64,000 bases of DNA from Xylographa opegraphella. Its lineage: Eukaryota. The stretch is from positions 372,001-436,000 of the forward strand of contig JALDZX010000010.1 in assembly GCA_022813865.1 (NCBI GenBank), in the 5' to 3' direction. The notes beneath the pieces are model-generated. The model was not told the DNA's origin and did no database searches. It saw only the letters and a list, made by a program, of their open reading frames with translations. Positions 22,562 to 33,147 of the stretch are shown piece by piece. The first letter of the stretch is position 1; each line of letters begins with the position of its first letter. A program made the translations under genes and the position numbers.

Positions 22562-24346
22562 TCAAAAATCCCAACTCACCCACTCCCGCTTCGGCATCAC
22601 CTCCGGCACCCAGCCATCCATCCACTCGCCCCGCTCGCGCGCGTAGCGATACCGCTCCGCCACGTCGTCCGTCCACCAGCCGTCGGGCACGTCGACGGGC
22701 CGCGACCAGGCCGGCGCGCCGTCGGGGAACCAGACCTTCTCCCAGCGGCCGTCGGCGCGCCGGAAGCACGGCTCGTTGTCGACGTACGTGATCGCGCGGC
22801 CGTGCCATTGCGTGAGGCGGCCGCTGGCGGTTTTGTGTGTGGGGTCCGAGGAAGGGGGGGGGGTGGTGGAGGTGGGGGGGGTGAAGAGGGAGGGGGTGGG
22901 GGTGGGGGTGGGTTGGGGTTGGGTGAAGGGGGAGGGGTTGGATGGTGCGGTGGACGGCTGGCCGAAGGGGTTGGATGGTGTGGGGGCGGGGGCGGGGGCG
23001 GGGGCGTTGCCGAGTCCTCCTCCTCCTCCTCCTCCACTACCGAAGGCCGGGACTGACTGGTTGCCGAACCCGCTCGGAGGGGTCGGTTGACCGAAGGCGG
23101 GGGCTTGCGCCTTCGCGAACGGACTGGCCGCTCGACCGAAGCCTGTGGGGATGGAAGGCTGTCCGAAAGCCGGGGCCGACGAGGCTGGTTGGCCGAACGC
23201 CGGCGTGGGCTGGGCGCCCATGGGCGCTGGCTGGCCGAATGCGGGTGTAGGCTGAGCACCTAGAGGTGCGGACTGGCCGAATACCGGGGTCGGCTGGGCC
23301 CCGAAGGCGGGTTGCTGACCGAACGAGGGTGTGGATGTTGAGAACGCGCTTGGGGCGTTTCCGAGCTGGGAGGGTTGTCCGAACGGCGTTGCTTGGCTGC
23401 CGAACGCGGACCGTTGTCCAAAGGCCGTGGTCGGTGGAGCGGGGGCGGACGGTTGTCCGAAGCTGGGAGCTTGTCCGAAGGCATTGGGGACTGGCGGGTT
23501 CGTGCTTGCGGCCGGGGCCTGGCTCGGAGCGGGGCCCCTGCCTTCGCAGATATCTATGCGGTTGGGGTGCTCCTTTTCGCCTGAAACGATGTACTTGATG
23601 GCGCCGTTGATGTCTTTCAGCGCGGTCTGAATCTGCTGCTCCGCGTTGGCAATGAGTTGCTGTTCTTCTTGGATGGCCTGCGGCTCGTTGCCTGACGACG
23701 CTAGCTCGTAGTACCGGAGTCGGAGCTCCTCGAAACTTTGTTCTCTGGGGTAGCCGCCGAAGAGCTGGAGAGGGGCTCCTCTGCCGGGACCGTATGCGGA
23801 GAGTATCCATATTGGCTTCTCTGCTGAGAGGTCGGTCTTGATGATCTCTCTGTCAAGGTGATATGGGCTATACCACTTGATTAGTCTGGCGGTGTCGGTT
23901 GCCCGCATGCTTCTTACTGCTCGTGACGTATTGAGGATGAGCCTGAGTAGTCAGTACAATATTCCCTTGCAAAGAGCTTGGGTCCTGTATGACAACAAGC
24001 GTAGATTCACTCAAAGTAACAACATTTGACAGAGCCAGTAGAAAGAAAGAAATTTGACAGGATGAGCATATACGCTTCGAAAGTCTCATACATCGTGCTA
24101 TTTAAATTGAGTAGAAAAACAGGGAACGCCTACCTCTGCTTCCTCCATGGCCCGGACTATCTGAATTTAGGACCGCATATCGATTGTTCGATACCGCTTG
24201 TCCGCCACCACCACCACCTCTTGAGTGATCATATCGACATTGATCTATTCGGATTTCAGTCACTGAACAGAACAGTTTCTTCGCTTTAGTTTCATACCGC
24301 CATTTTTGCAGAAACCTTTCTGCCAAAACTTGCAGATAGGTGCCAT
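22562..24346 (-). CDS. NUP42: CCCH zinc-finger FG-repeat nucleoporin (Amo1/Nup42/NUPL2-like), 4 exons
   Basis: N-terminal CKFWQKGFCKNG|DQCRYDH finger, WILSAYGPG...EQSFEELRL, many xFGQP repeats, and C-terminal KVWFPDG...PEVMPKREW. Confidence 0.85.
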
Positions 24347-24706
24347 CTTTGAGGTCTCGGGACCGCTATATCATATCATTATGTTCGTTTTAATGTACTT
24401 GTTTTATTAAAGCGGCATCCTTCCAAGTCCAGTAGCTGTTTTTGCGGCGGAGATTCATAAGGAACCGTTTCGTCGATACTTACTGCGTACCAAGACGAAT
24501 GTCGGTTCCGGCATCACTTTTGACCGGACTGTAAGGCTAGCACAAATTTAGTGCCGCCGTACCATCACGTTTTCAGCTCTCGGCCCTTCGCATGGGCCAG
24601 CGAGACAGGTGATGAGATCATGGCTGTTGCGATACGGAAAGTATTTCATTCCTTTCTTAAAGTAGAGTTACCGTCTTGACCGTAAGACCCAACTCCAACG
24701 AAGATC

Positions 24707-25615
24707 ATGGCTGCACAGAAGCCCATCCTTGTATTCGGTGCCACGGGTAAGCAAGGCGGAGCGCTTATCAAGCAGCTACTCGACTCCCAATCAGAGCCTG
24801 CGTTCAAGATCCTTGCCCTCACTCGCAACACAGCATCTGCGAAAGCCAAAGATCTCGCGTCAAAACCGAATGTCTCGCTAGTCGAAGGTGATCTGAACGA
24901 TTGTGAAGCTATCTTCAAGAAGACCGGTCCAGTCTGGGGGGTGTTCAGCGTTCAGGTTCCGTTCGGCGAGCGTGGTGCGTCAGTTGAGACTGAAGAAAAG
25001 CAAGGGAAAGCTCTGGTAGATGCAGCTGTCGCCAACGGCGTTCACCACTTTGTCTACACATCCGTCGATAGGGGAGGCGCCAAGTCTGACGATGACCCGA
25101 CAGATGTCCCGCACTTCATCTCGAAATATCGCATTGAAAAGTATCTCATTGAAAAGGCAGCTTCGAGCAATATGGGCTGGACCATCTTACGCCCAACCAC
25201 TTTCTTTGAGAACCTGACTCCTGATTTCATGGGGAAACTCATGACTACAATGTTTCAAAGTCTCAGCGACAAAAAGCTTCAGTGGATTTCTTGTAGAGAC
25301 ATTGGACACTTCGCCGCCGAAGCATTCAAGAATTCCGAGAAGTACAATCAGAAATCGATAGCTCTGGCAGGAGAAGATATGTCAATGACAGAGACCAAAC
25401 AGATTTTCGAAAAGGAAGTAGGCTACCCTCTACCGACTACGTTTTCTTTTATCGCCACGGCTGTCAAGTATATGATCGGAGATCTTGGCAAGATGGTCAC
25501 CTGGTTCGAGAAAGCGGGATACGGCGCTGATATAGATGATTTACGGAAGCAGCATCCAGGACTATTGAATTTCAGCCAATGGCTCCGAGAGGAGAGTGCG
25601 TTTAAGACACACTAG
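24707..25615 (+). CDS. NmrA-like NAD(P)-binding Rossmann protein
   Basis: ILVFGATGKQGGALI, EEKQGKALVDAA, HFVYTSVDRGG, VPHFISKY.IE, WTILRPTTFFEN, DIGHFAA. Confidence 0.93.
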   Translation: MAAQKPILVFGATGKQGGALIKQLLDSQSEPAFKILALTRNTASAKAKDLASKPNVSLVEGDLNDCEAIFKKTGPVWGVFSVQVPFGERGASVETEEKQGKALVDAAVANGVHHFVYTSVDRGGAKSDDDPTDVPHFISKYRIEKYLIEKAASSNMGWTILRPTTFFENLTPDFMGKLMTTMFQSLSDKKLQWISCRDIGHFAAEAFKNSEKYNQKSIALAGEDMSMTETKQIFEKEVGYPLPTTFSFIATAVKYMIGDLGKMVTWFEKAGYGADIDDLRKQHPGLLNFSQWLREESAFKTH

Positions 25616-25768
25616 GTGGCAAGAAACATTGGCCATATTTTATCTATTGAATAGAGATTATTGGTGTTCATATTGATTGGCACACTCATCCACAAATCTC
25701 ATCAATTAATGCTACGGAATTTTGCTATATGGTAGTCAATCTCCCTTGCCACCATTCTAACACAGTTT

Positions 25769-27199
25769 CTATCCAGCGGAAATGTCGATTATCGCTGAGT
25801 TATCGTCATCTCGTACTCTACAGCTGACGAAAACCGCTTGCCCTTCCATGCTGAACGCATAGGCTTGAAATGGGCCGTTGAAACCACGCTCGGTGTATTC
25901 GGTTTTTGTGGACGCATTCGGGTTGAAGTCGGTTTCCGGTTCTTCATGAGTTTGCCATCCATTGCCTTGGGCAGGCGGCTCCCCGGAGATATTTGCGTGC
26001 TCGACAGGCCTTAACAGGAGTCCGGTGGGTTCCATAGAGTTGAGTCCCACATGATAGTATCTACGTACAATACGAAGCAAGGCCACTTTGACGAGATCTA
26101 TCAATCATGTTGCAACAGATGTCATTTATTACTTGAATTGATTCTACTCTTTATTCATACCCTGCGTTGTCACCGACAAGCATAGTCCCATCACCCCTGC
26201 ACCTTCGCCCGGAACGCCCGGCATTACCGTGCTTTCTGAACTCGAAGAGTCTTGCCAATAATCAACGCCTGTCCTGAAAGCACAATAACCTGTGCTATCG
26301 TTGACCCGGCCCACCTTGGGGCAGCTGTACCGTTAGGTATGGGCAAACGTGGACGCAGGATGCTAGACTCTTCACGTGTGAAGTCACCTGTATCTCTTGG
26401 ACGGCAGGCAATGCGCGATCGCCACTTTGGGGTTACAACGGACTTAGAATGTCAACGACGACCCGGTCACGGAGTCCGGTGAGGTATGTATGACGACGTT
26501 GTCGTTCGCTCAGCTGAGGGAAGTAGCATTGGCGCATTGATTAACTAAAATCTGTGTATGTTGGTGGTGGTGAAGCAGTGTTCAGATGAGCGGGTTCGGT
26601 TTGCGGATTCAGACTGCTATCTGCATTGACGAACACTGTTGCAACAGTGCTAGTGGGACAACTGTAAGGAACTAACGATCAGTACTACTCGGTATTCGTC
26701 TGGCAGGAAGGCCTGATTGATCGTTCTGCTCAAGAATTCGCTGTACATACCGAACATCATCTGAGGCTGTCACTCGACTGAGCCCAAGCGCTAACCCAAC
26801 TGCGACCCCAGCAGCAACGAGAGAGACCATCAGTAGAATCACTATCCAGAATACCGCTGGCGCAAGACCATAAAGTCTTTCGGGCTCGGTGCGTGACGAC
26901 TTCTCTTTTGAGTATCTCGGGTGCCGGTTATGCTCGATACCATCACGCAATGGCGAAATCAATTCAGCTCTGTATTCTCCAGCCAACCTTTCCGAGCATG
27001 GGGACGCGATACGATCTTGATCTATGTCCTTCGGTGGCGGTATCGTTCTGATTCTGGTATGAACTGCATCCAACTCGGACTTGAACTTAGTGCTCAGAGG
27101 CCTGACGACTTCATACACTGAGGAGGCTGGTCGGTAAGACTTGTCTGGGCTCGTGTCTGCGACTGAAGATGAAGATCCGGCAATTGTATTGGGAGTCAT
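25769..27199 (-). pseudogene. Probably decayed single-pass membrane protein gene
   Basis: Exon 1 encodes a disordered N-terminus then ERLYGLAPAVFWIVILLMVSLVAAGVAVGLALGL (typical fungal type II TM). Downstream readings are interrupted by TAA/TGA stops; a protein-like last segment sits at 25769-26060. Confidence 0.4.
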
Positions 27200-27633
27200 C
27201 ACGCCTGATTTGAGTGACCTCGATGGGGCAACAGTAGCATACAAGAGAATTTTAGCACCGGAAAATAGAATCGCAAGCTGAATGAAGTATCGAATCACTT
27301 CTAGGGATATAGTCATCGCAAAATATCCCCACCCTCGGTACAAGGAAGGACGCCTTTCAGCTTATACACGGATTGCATAATGGAAGGCGACTTCCAAAAA
27401 TTGACATCTTCATTGATAATAGGATCGCATGTTGGGGACGGGAACACACACCAGCCGCCCCCCAGCAGAAATCTACAACCGCACGCCTAAAGTCACAATC
27501 GGCAAAAATGACCAGAATTATGAAACAAGACAACAAGGTACTAGAAGTCCAGAAAGTAGGCACAGCGCAAAAGCCCAGACAGGGGTTTCATGTCGTGTCC
27601 ACTGTCCTGTTCGCGTATGTTCTGGTATCGAAG

Positions 27634-28125
27634 CTAGTCCCCATACAATGTAGCTGCGTCCATATCCATCAGGTCTCTCCTTCTCTGCTCCTCCTGTTCC
27701 TTTTCCCTCTCTCTCTTCTCCCTCTCTCTCTTCTCGCTCTCTCTCTTCTCCCTCTCTCTCTTCTCCCTCTCTCTCTTCTCCCTCTCTTTCTTCTCCCTAT
27801 TTTCCGCGCAAGATTTTTTTAACTTCTCCGTCTGGCACGGATCGCATTGATACGTCGACATTCCACCCCGAACTTGGTCATTGGTGGAAGAGCTAGTGTG
27901 ATTGGATTGCAATTTCGCGGATTTGTGATTTGAGCTTCCGGACTTTGAGGCACATATTTTGTATTCATCGGGGTGCTTTGAGCAGTACTTGTACAGGGGG
28001 CAGAACGGGTGATGGTAGCCGCACTTGCACGGTTCATTGCCGCATTTGATCAAACGTAGCAAACTTTGTCTATTGGAGCCACTATCGTCTGGAAAATCAA
28101 AGAATTCAAGATCTAAGGGAGCCAT
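27634..28125 (-). CDS. Orphan 163-aa protein with Cys/His-rich module and (EREKR)n charged helix
   Basis: ATG-initiated ORF; CKCGYHHPFC...YCSKH...C...YQCDPC followed by a 15-bp-repeat-encoded E/R/K tract. Confidence 0.45.
   Translation of the reverse strand: MAPLDLEFFDFPDDSGSNRQSLLRLIKCGNEPCKCGYHHPFCPLYKYCSKHPDEYKICASKSGSSNHKSAKLQSNHTSSSTNDQVRGGMSTYQCDPCQTEKLKKSCAENREKKEREKREREKREREKRESEKREREKREREKEQEEQRRRDLMDMDAATLYGD
27701..27797. repeat. 15-bp tandem repeat (TTCTCCCTCTCTCTC) x about 6.5, near-pure pyrimidine tract
   Basis: Units start at 27701, 27716, 27731, 27746, 27761, 27776, with a partial unit at 27791. Confidence 0.95.
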
Positions 28126-28281
28126 GCTGTTGGATCAGGTGAATTCTCGACACCGATTGAGTTTATTGTTGGAAGGCGTAATAAAGTGTCAAGCTTGACG
28201 GAGATAGGAAGGGATTGTTCGATACGCTATGACGATGGATTTTCAGCCAGCGGAAGTCCGGTTTTGCGTTTGGGAGACTGT

Positions 28282-28332
28282 AGAGTTGCTGAAGTATCAG
28301 AGTTGCTGAAGTATCAGAGTTGCTGATTTATC
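28282..28332. repeat. 17-bp tandem repeat AGAGTTGCTGAAGTATC x3 (third copy degenerate)
   Basis: Copies at 28282, 28299 and 28316, head to tail with no spacers. Confidence 0.95.
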
Positions 28333-29203
28333 AGAGGAGGATTGTAGAGCTGCTGGATTGTAAGAACGACTGACGGCTGCCCCCAGGTCTTTATAGCAAG
28401 CTCCACCATCAAAGAAGACTCGTGATTGATCAATGTGCATGCGTGAAATCCGCCGTATGAATACAGCTTGTGAAACCTATACAAGAATGAATCTATTCTT
28501 CACATCAGGATGGCCTATTCACCGAGGCAGAGGAAGAAAATAGCATGCAGACCTAAACCCACGACCCAAGTCCTATGACCTAATAATCCAACCAATGTAG
28601 CAAGATTTAAGAACACCTTTAACAGTCCACGCCACAAAAGCATCGGCCATTTTCTCAGCCCAAGATCAATGGGTCATGAACACGCCCACGTGCCATTCAG
28701 GACTAATCAACGGATCCGAAGCGGGCGGGTGCTTACATTCCGTAAACTTAGCACAGGACGCGTGGCGGTGGTGAATACAGAATGAGCTTATCAGCTGAGC
28801 AAGCTTCGCCATCCAGGAATCACCTGTGAATGAACTGCAGAAGTGATATTCGCTGCATACAATCAAAGTTATTGGGTGAGTACGACTGGCTTCACGAAAA
28901 GGCGGCGTTGACGGACACAAAACCAAGAAGTGATTCCAAACTACAAATGAAAGTGAAGCAAAGACATATGACCTTGTTAACAGGCCAATGTAACGAAATC
29001 CAAAAAAAAAACACCTTCACGATCCACCCACACAGTAACGGAGTCATCGGTCTCTCGGGTTCAGCATTGACAAAACTGCATATATGTATACGCGCTGTTC
29101 AGACTCTAACAATAGCAGGCGAAGCCAACGTCCCTCAGACTTGACAAGCCCTTTGCATCATCAGCACACACAACAAAGATGACACTCACAAGCCGACATA
29201 CCA

Positions 29204-30667
29204 TCACGAGATATGTAACTTGCCACACACCCGCTGCACTAGCTCAGCCACTGAAGTTGTTCTGCCAGACCGTTCCGCTTCCTCGTCATCCTCACTGTCA
29301 TACGATCCGAGAGCGGCCCGCCTTGCCGGCCTCGAAGCTGACCCTGAAGCTTCTGATTGATTTCCCGAACGTGAGGCATGCGTATTGTTATTTGTAGCGC
29401 GGGATCCGGAAGCGGAGCAGCTGAGCTGGCCAGAAGAGGGCCGGGAAACATGCCTTTCACTCGCTGCTGGCTGGGCGTACTCAATGTGCCTGGCTACACA
29501 ACCTTCTTGTCCCGAGTGCCGCGGACCGATTCTGGGAGCCTCTCTTCCGCTTCCACCAAGCTCGACGTTTTCAAGGTACTCGGCTACATTGGTGTTATGG
29601 GATCCAGATCCCCCTCGTCTTGACGGTCTTGAAGCGGATCCAGGAGCAACTCCTTCATTTGCGCCTTGCTCAGCCACATTGGTAGTGAGGGAACTGGAGA
29701 TCACCCTGCGCAAAGACCTTGAAGCAGATCCAGAAGCCTCCCCTTCATCTGCACCTTGCTCAGTGCATACAGCATGTCCAGCCACATTCGTATCGAGCGA
29801 AGCGGAGACCACCCGGCTCAACGGCCTTGAATTAGATGTGGAAGCCTCTCCTGCATCCCCACCTTGCTCGAAGTTCTCAGCGTGCTCGGCTATGTCGGTA
29901 TCATGCGAATCAGATTCTACCCGTCTTGACGGCCTCGAAGCAGATCCGGAAGCCGCTACATCTCCACCCTGCTCAGCGTGCTCAGCTATGTTGGTATCGT
30001 TTGACTGAGATCCCACTCGTCTTGATGGTCCCGGTGTGGAGCCAGAAGCCTGTGCTTCGTCACCTGCTCGCTCAGGGTAACCAGGTGGTGGATCCCGATG
30101 TTGGTTGACCCAACTTTCTATCGTTGCCTTCTGTGCATCAGACATCGAATCGATACACTTGTTCATTATCCTCTGATCCTCCTCCGTTATGGGACTTGTA
30201 GTACTTTTCATCAAAAGCGCCTTCAAAATCTGAACTTGATCGTGATAGCACGCTCCGCTCTCATCTAGCTTACACTCCTTCCCGATATGTAACTTTCGAC
30301 ACGCACGCTGCATCAGCTTCAAGATCGCCCCAGCAGCTTCCGGGTCTCTTGGGTCATCATACTGCCTGCTCAGCAGAAGGTGCAATCGGCTATGAATTTG
30401 CTTCAGAATAGTTTTCAGTGACAGAGGATCGTCCTCGTGGCATGTTCTGTTTTGAGGTTCTGGATGCTCCATGGCAGTTATAGAGTGCCGTACCAACATC
30501 TTACATGTCTCACATAGGTAACCATCACGATATAATCGAGGAGAATCTGGCAGATGATAAAGGCAAGGGTGGCCGGATGGCCGACTCTGTGCTGTTCCGC
30601 AACGTTCCTGCAGGTGGTGAGATATCTTTTTTCCGCATATGCACCGATACACTGTGTAGGTACACAT
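29204..30667 (-). CDS. Orphan 487-aa protein: N-terminal Cys/His module, helical middle, C-terminal ~31-36-aa repeats
   Basis: Long intronless ATG ORF; MCTYTVYRCICG...HH...C...C...YLCETC; 5-6 copies of EQG.D..ASGSASRPSRRV.S.S..TN.AE. Confidence 0.65.
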   Translation of the reverse strand: MCTYTVYRCICGKKISHHLQERCGTAQSRPSGHPCLYHLPDSPRLYRDGYLCETCKMLVRHSITAMEHPEPQNRTCHEDDPLSLKTILKQIHSRLHLLLSRQYDDPRDPEAAGAILKLMQRACRKLHIGKECKLDESGACYHDQVQILKALLMKSTTSPITEEDQRIMNKCIDSMSDAQKATIESWVNQHRDPPPGYPERAGDEAQASGSTPGPSRRVGSQSNDTNIAEHAEQGGDVAASGSASRPSRRVESDSHDTDIAEHAENFEQGGDAGEASTSNSRPLSRVVSASLDTNVAGHAVCTEQGADEGEASGSASRSLRRVISSSLTTNVAEQGANEGVAPGSASRPSRRGGSGSHNTNVAEYLENVELGGSGREAPRIGPRHSGQEGCVARHIEYAQPAASERHVSRPSSGQLSCSASGSRATNNNTHASRSGNQSEASGSASRPARRAALGSYDSEDDEEAERSGRTTSVAELVQRVCGKLHIS

Positions 30668-31388
30668 TGTGAACCGCAGCAGAGACCCCTCCGACGGATG
30701 TGGTCGAGTTTCCGGACGGCTGTTAGTCGCCGAAAGTCGATATACTCGTCTGGATGTTAAGGCTCGTAATATAATACAGTAATATGGTATCTAAGGACTC
30801 AGCGTCCTCAACTTCCGATGGGGATTGCGAGAGACGTACCTAATTGTGAAAAAAGTAGTGATAATTCCTAATCTGACCTATCAGTTGGCGTGGATATTTG
30901 TGTTATGGTGAGATAGTTAATGTACAAAATGCGAGGAAAGTTTAGAGCTATATAAATTTAACAACTAAGGAAGGTACGCTGGAATCCGGATGAAAGTAAG
31001 ATACTCTTAGCAACAGCAGGTGCAACCACTTTCATTGACACATGCCTTCAACAACAACAATAAGAGCAGGAAATGCGACAAAAGGAAAGTCAAATACCGA
31101 GGCAAAACCGGGGATGCAGAGTATTCTCAATATATGTCAACCATCCCGAAAAATGCCACAAAGATCTGTATGTAATCAATTTCGATATCAGTAAGGACCT
31201 CCAATCATTGCTCCTTGATTTTTAGCCCTCTATAATAGGGATCACCTCGCCCGTTGAATGACATGCACCACGGACTCGTTCATTTTCATCAGAAAGCTCA
31301 ATCACAGCCGCTCCCACGCTCCAGGTCCAATGCTCGTGAATCTAATATACAGGCCACTATTCACACTAGACGCGAGAATCCAGATGAC

Positions 31389-33147
31389 TCAGTAATGTAT
31401 CGCTTTCCCGTACGTCGCCATTGCAGCCTCCTTGAATGCCTCTGCTAGTGTGGGATGTGCATGGCTTGTTCTGCCAACATCCTCTGTACTAGCTCCATAT
31501 TCCAGTGCCAAAACTCCCTCAGCAATCATTTCTCCGGCGTTGGGTCCCACGATGTGAATTCCCAATATGCGATCGGTTTCGGCGTCCGCTAGAAATTTAA
31601 CCATGCCCTCTGTCTCTAAGGTGGTCTTTGCTCTCGAGTTTGCACTGAATGGAAAGCTTCCAGTCTTGTACTTAACCCCGTCCTTCTTGAGCTCCGCCTC
31701 GTTTTGGCCTACCCATGCGACTTCGGGATGCGTATACATCACTGACGGAATTGCGTTGTAGTTGACGTGACCATAACCTTTCTTAATATATTCAATGGCC
31801 GCGACACCTTCCTCTTCCGCCTTGTGCGCAAGCATAGGACCGAACGTACAGTCGCCGATTACCCGAATGTGAGGAAACTTGGTCCGGTATTCTTGGTCAA
31901 TGACCAATCGACCTTTGTCGTCTACTTCCAGGCCAATGTTCTCAAGACCAAGGCCGGCAGTATATGCACGACGGCCTATCGCTACGAGAACAACGTCCGC
32001 ATCCAGCTACGATTGTTGTTAGTCATTTGCAGATCAGAGATTATGTGCAGATTTTACCGTCTCTTTCTTGCCACCTTTAGCAGCTTCCACTTCAAGCTTG
32101 ACCCCGTCACCGCTAGGGTCACCACTAAGTACCTTGGTGTTCAGCTTGAACTTCATGCCTTGTTTTGTGAGTATACGTTGGGTGAGCTTTGATATCTCGG
32201 CATCCATGCCTGGACCACCGATCTGACCAAGAAATTCAACGACCGTAACTTCAGAGCCTAGCCTGGACCAGACAGAACCCTAAAGGACTCGATCAGCAAG
32301 CGATAGACATCAAGCCATTTATAACTTCGTGACATAGGAGCACTTACCATTTCGAGGCCAATGATCCCTCCACCGATCACCACCATCTTCTTTGGCACCT
32401 CCTCCAATGAAATAGCGCCAGTGCTTGTGACAACCTTTTTCTCGTCTATTTCCAAGCCTGGGAAGGGTGTTGCTTCGCTTCCTGTAGCGACAATGATGTT
32501 CTTGGCTCTTAATGTCTGTTCATTACCGTCTATCCTGTTGACCTTGACCTCGTGCTCTCCAGAAAAAGCTCCCGTTCCTGGTATATATTCAACGTTGTTT
32601 TTCTTGAAGAGGAACTCCACGCCCTTTGTCAGTCCGTCGACGGAAGTGTTCTTTGCCGCCATCATCTGCTTAAGATTAAGCTTGACGTCGCCGACCTCTA
32701 TTCCGCGCTTCTTCGTGTCATGGAGGACTTGGTGATACAGATGTGAGTTGTTTAGTAGCGATTTCGAAGGTATGCAACCGACGTTGAGACATGTACCGCC
32801 AAGCGTACCACGCTTCTCTATACAAGCGACCTTTGAACTGTCAGAACCCATCTATCATCTGTACATCTTCGGCAATACCTTCATTCCTTCTTGTCCTGCT
32901 TTTATGGCGGCAACATAGCCGGCGACTCCGCCACCGATGATGACAAGATCATGCTCCGCTATTGCTAATTATTTCTGTGAACTAATCTGTTAAGCCATAG
33001 AAGTTACTTACTGGCCTCAGTAGCATATCCACGCCTCGCGCGATGTATTAGACAGAATGCTTTGGGAGGAAATGCGGGTGAAGGTATCGCTCTGTGAGGC
33101 CGGGAGAGAGCCCTTGCCGTCGCCTCGGGTATGAGGCACCGATACAT
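31389..33147 (-). CDS. LPD1: Mitochondrial dihydrolipoamide dehydrogenase (E3)
   Basis: Transit peptide, [56 protein letters not shown]; multi-exon. Confidence 0.97.

Noticed and set aside
22845..23005. G-run cluster (G-quadruplex-like) as an independent element
   Set aside because: Largely explained by Pro/Thr codons of the nucleoporin on the opposite strand; treated under the skew-island finding.
28282..28332. Direct repeats as a CRISPR-like array
   Set aside because: No spacers, only 3 copies, eukaryotic context and no cas genes.
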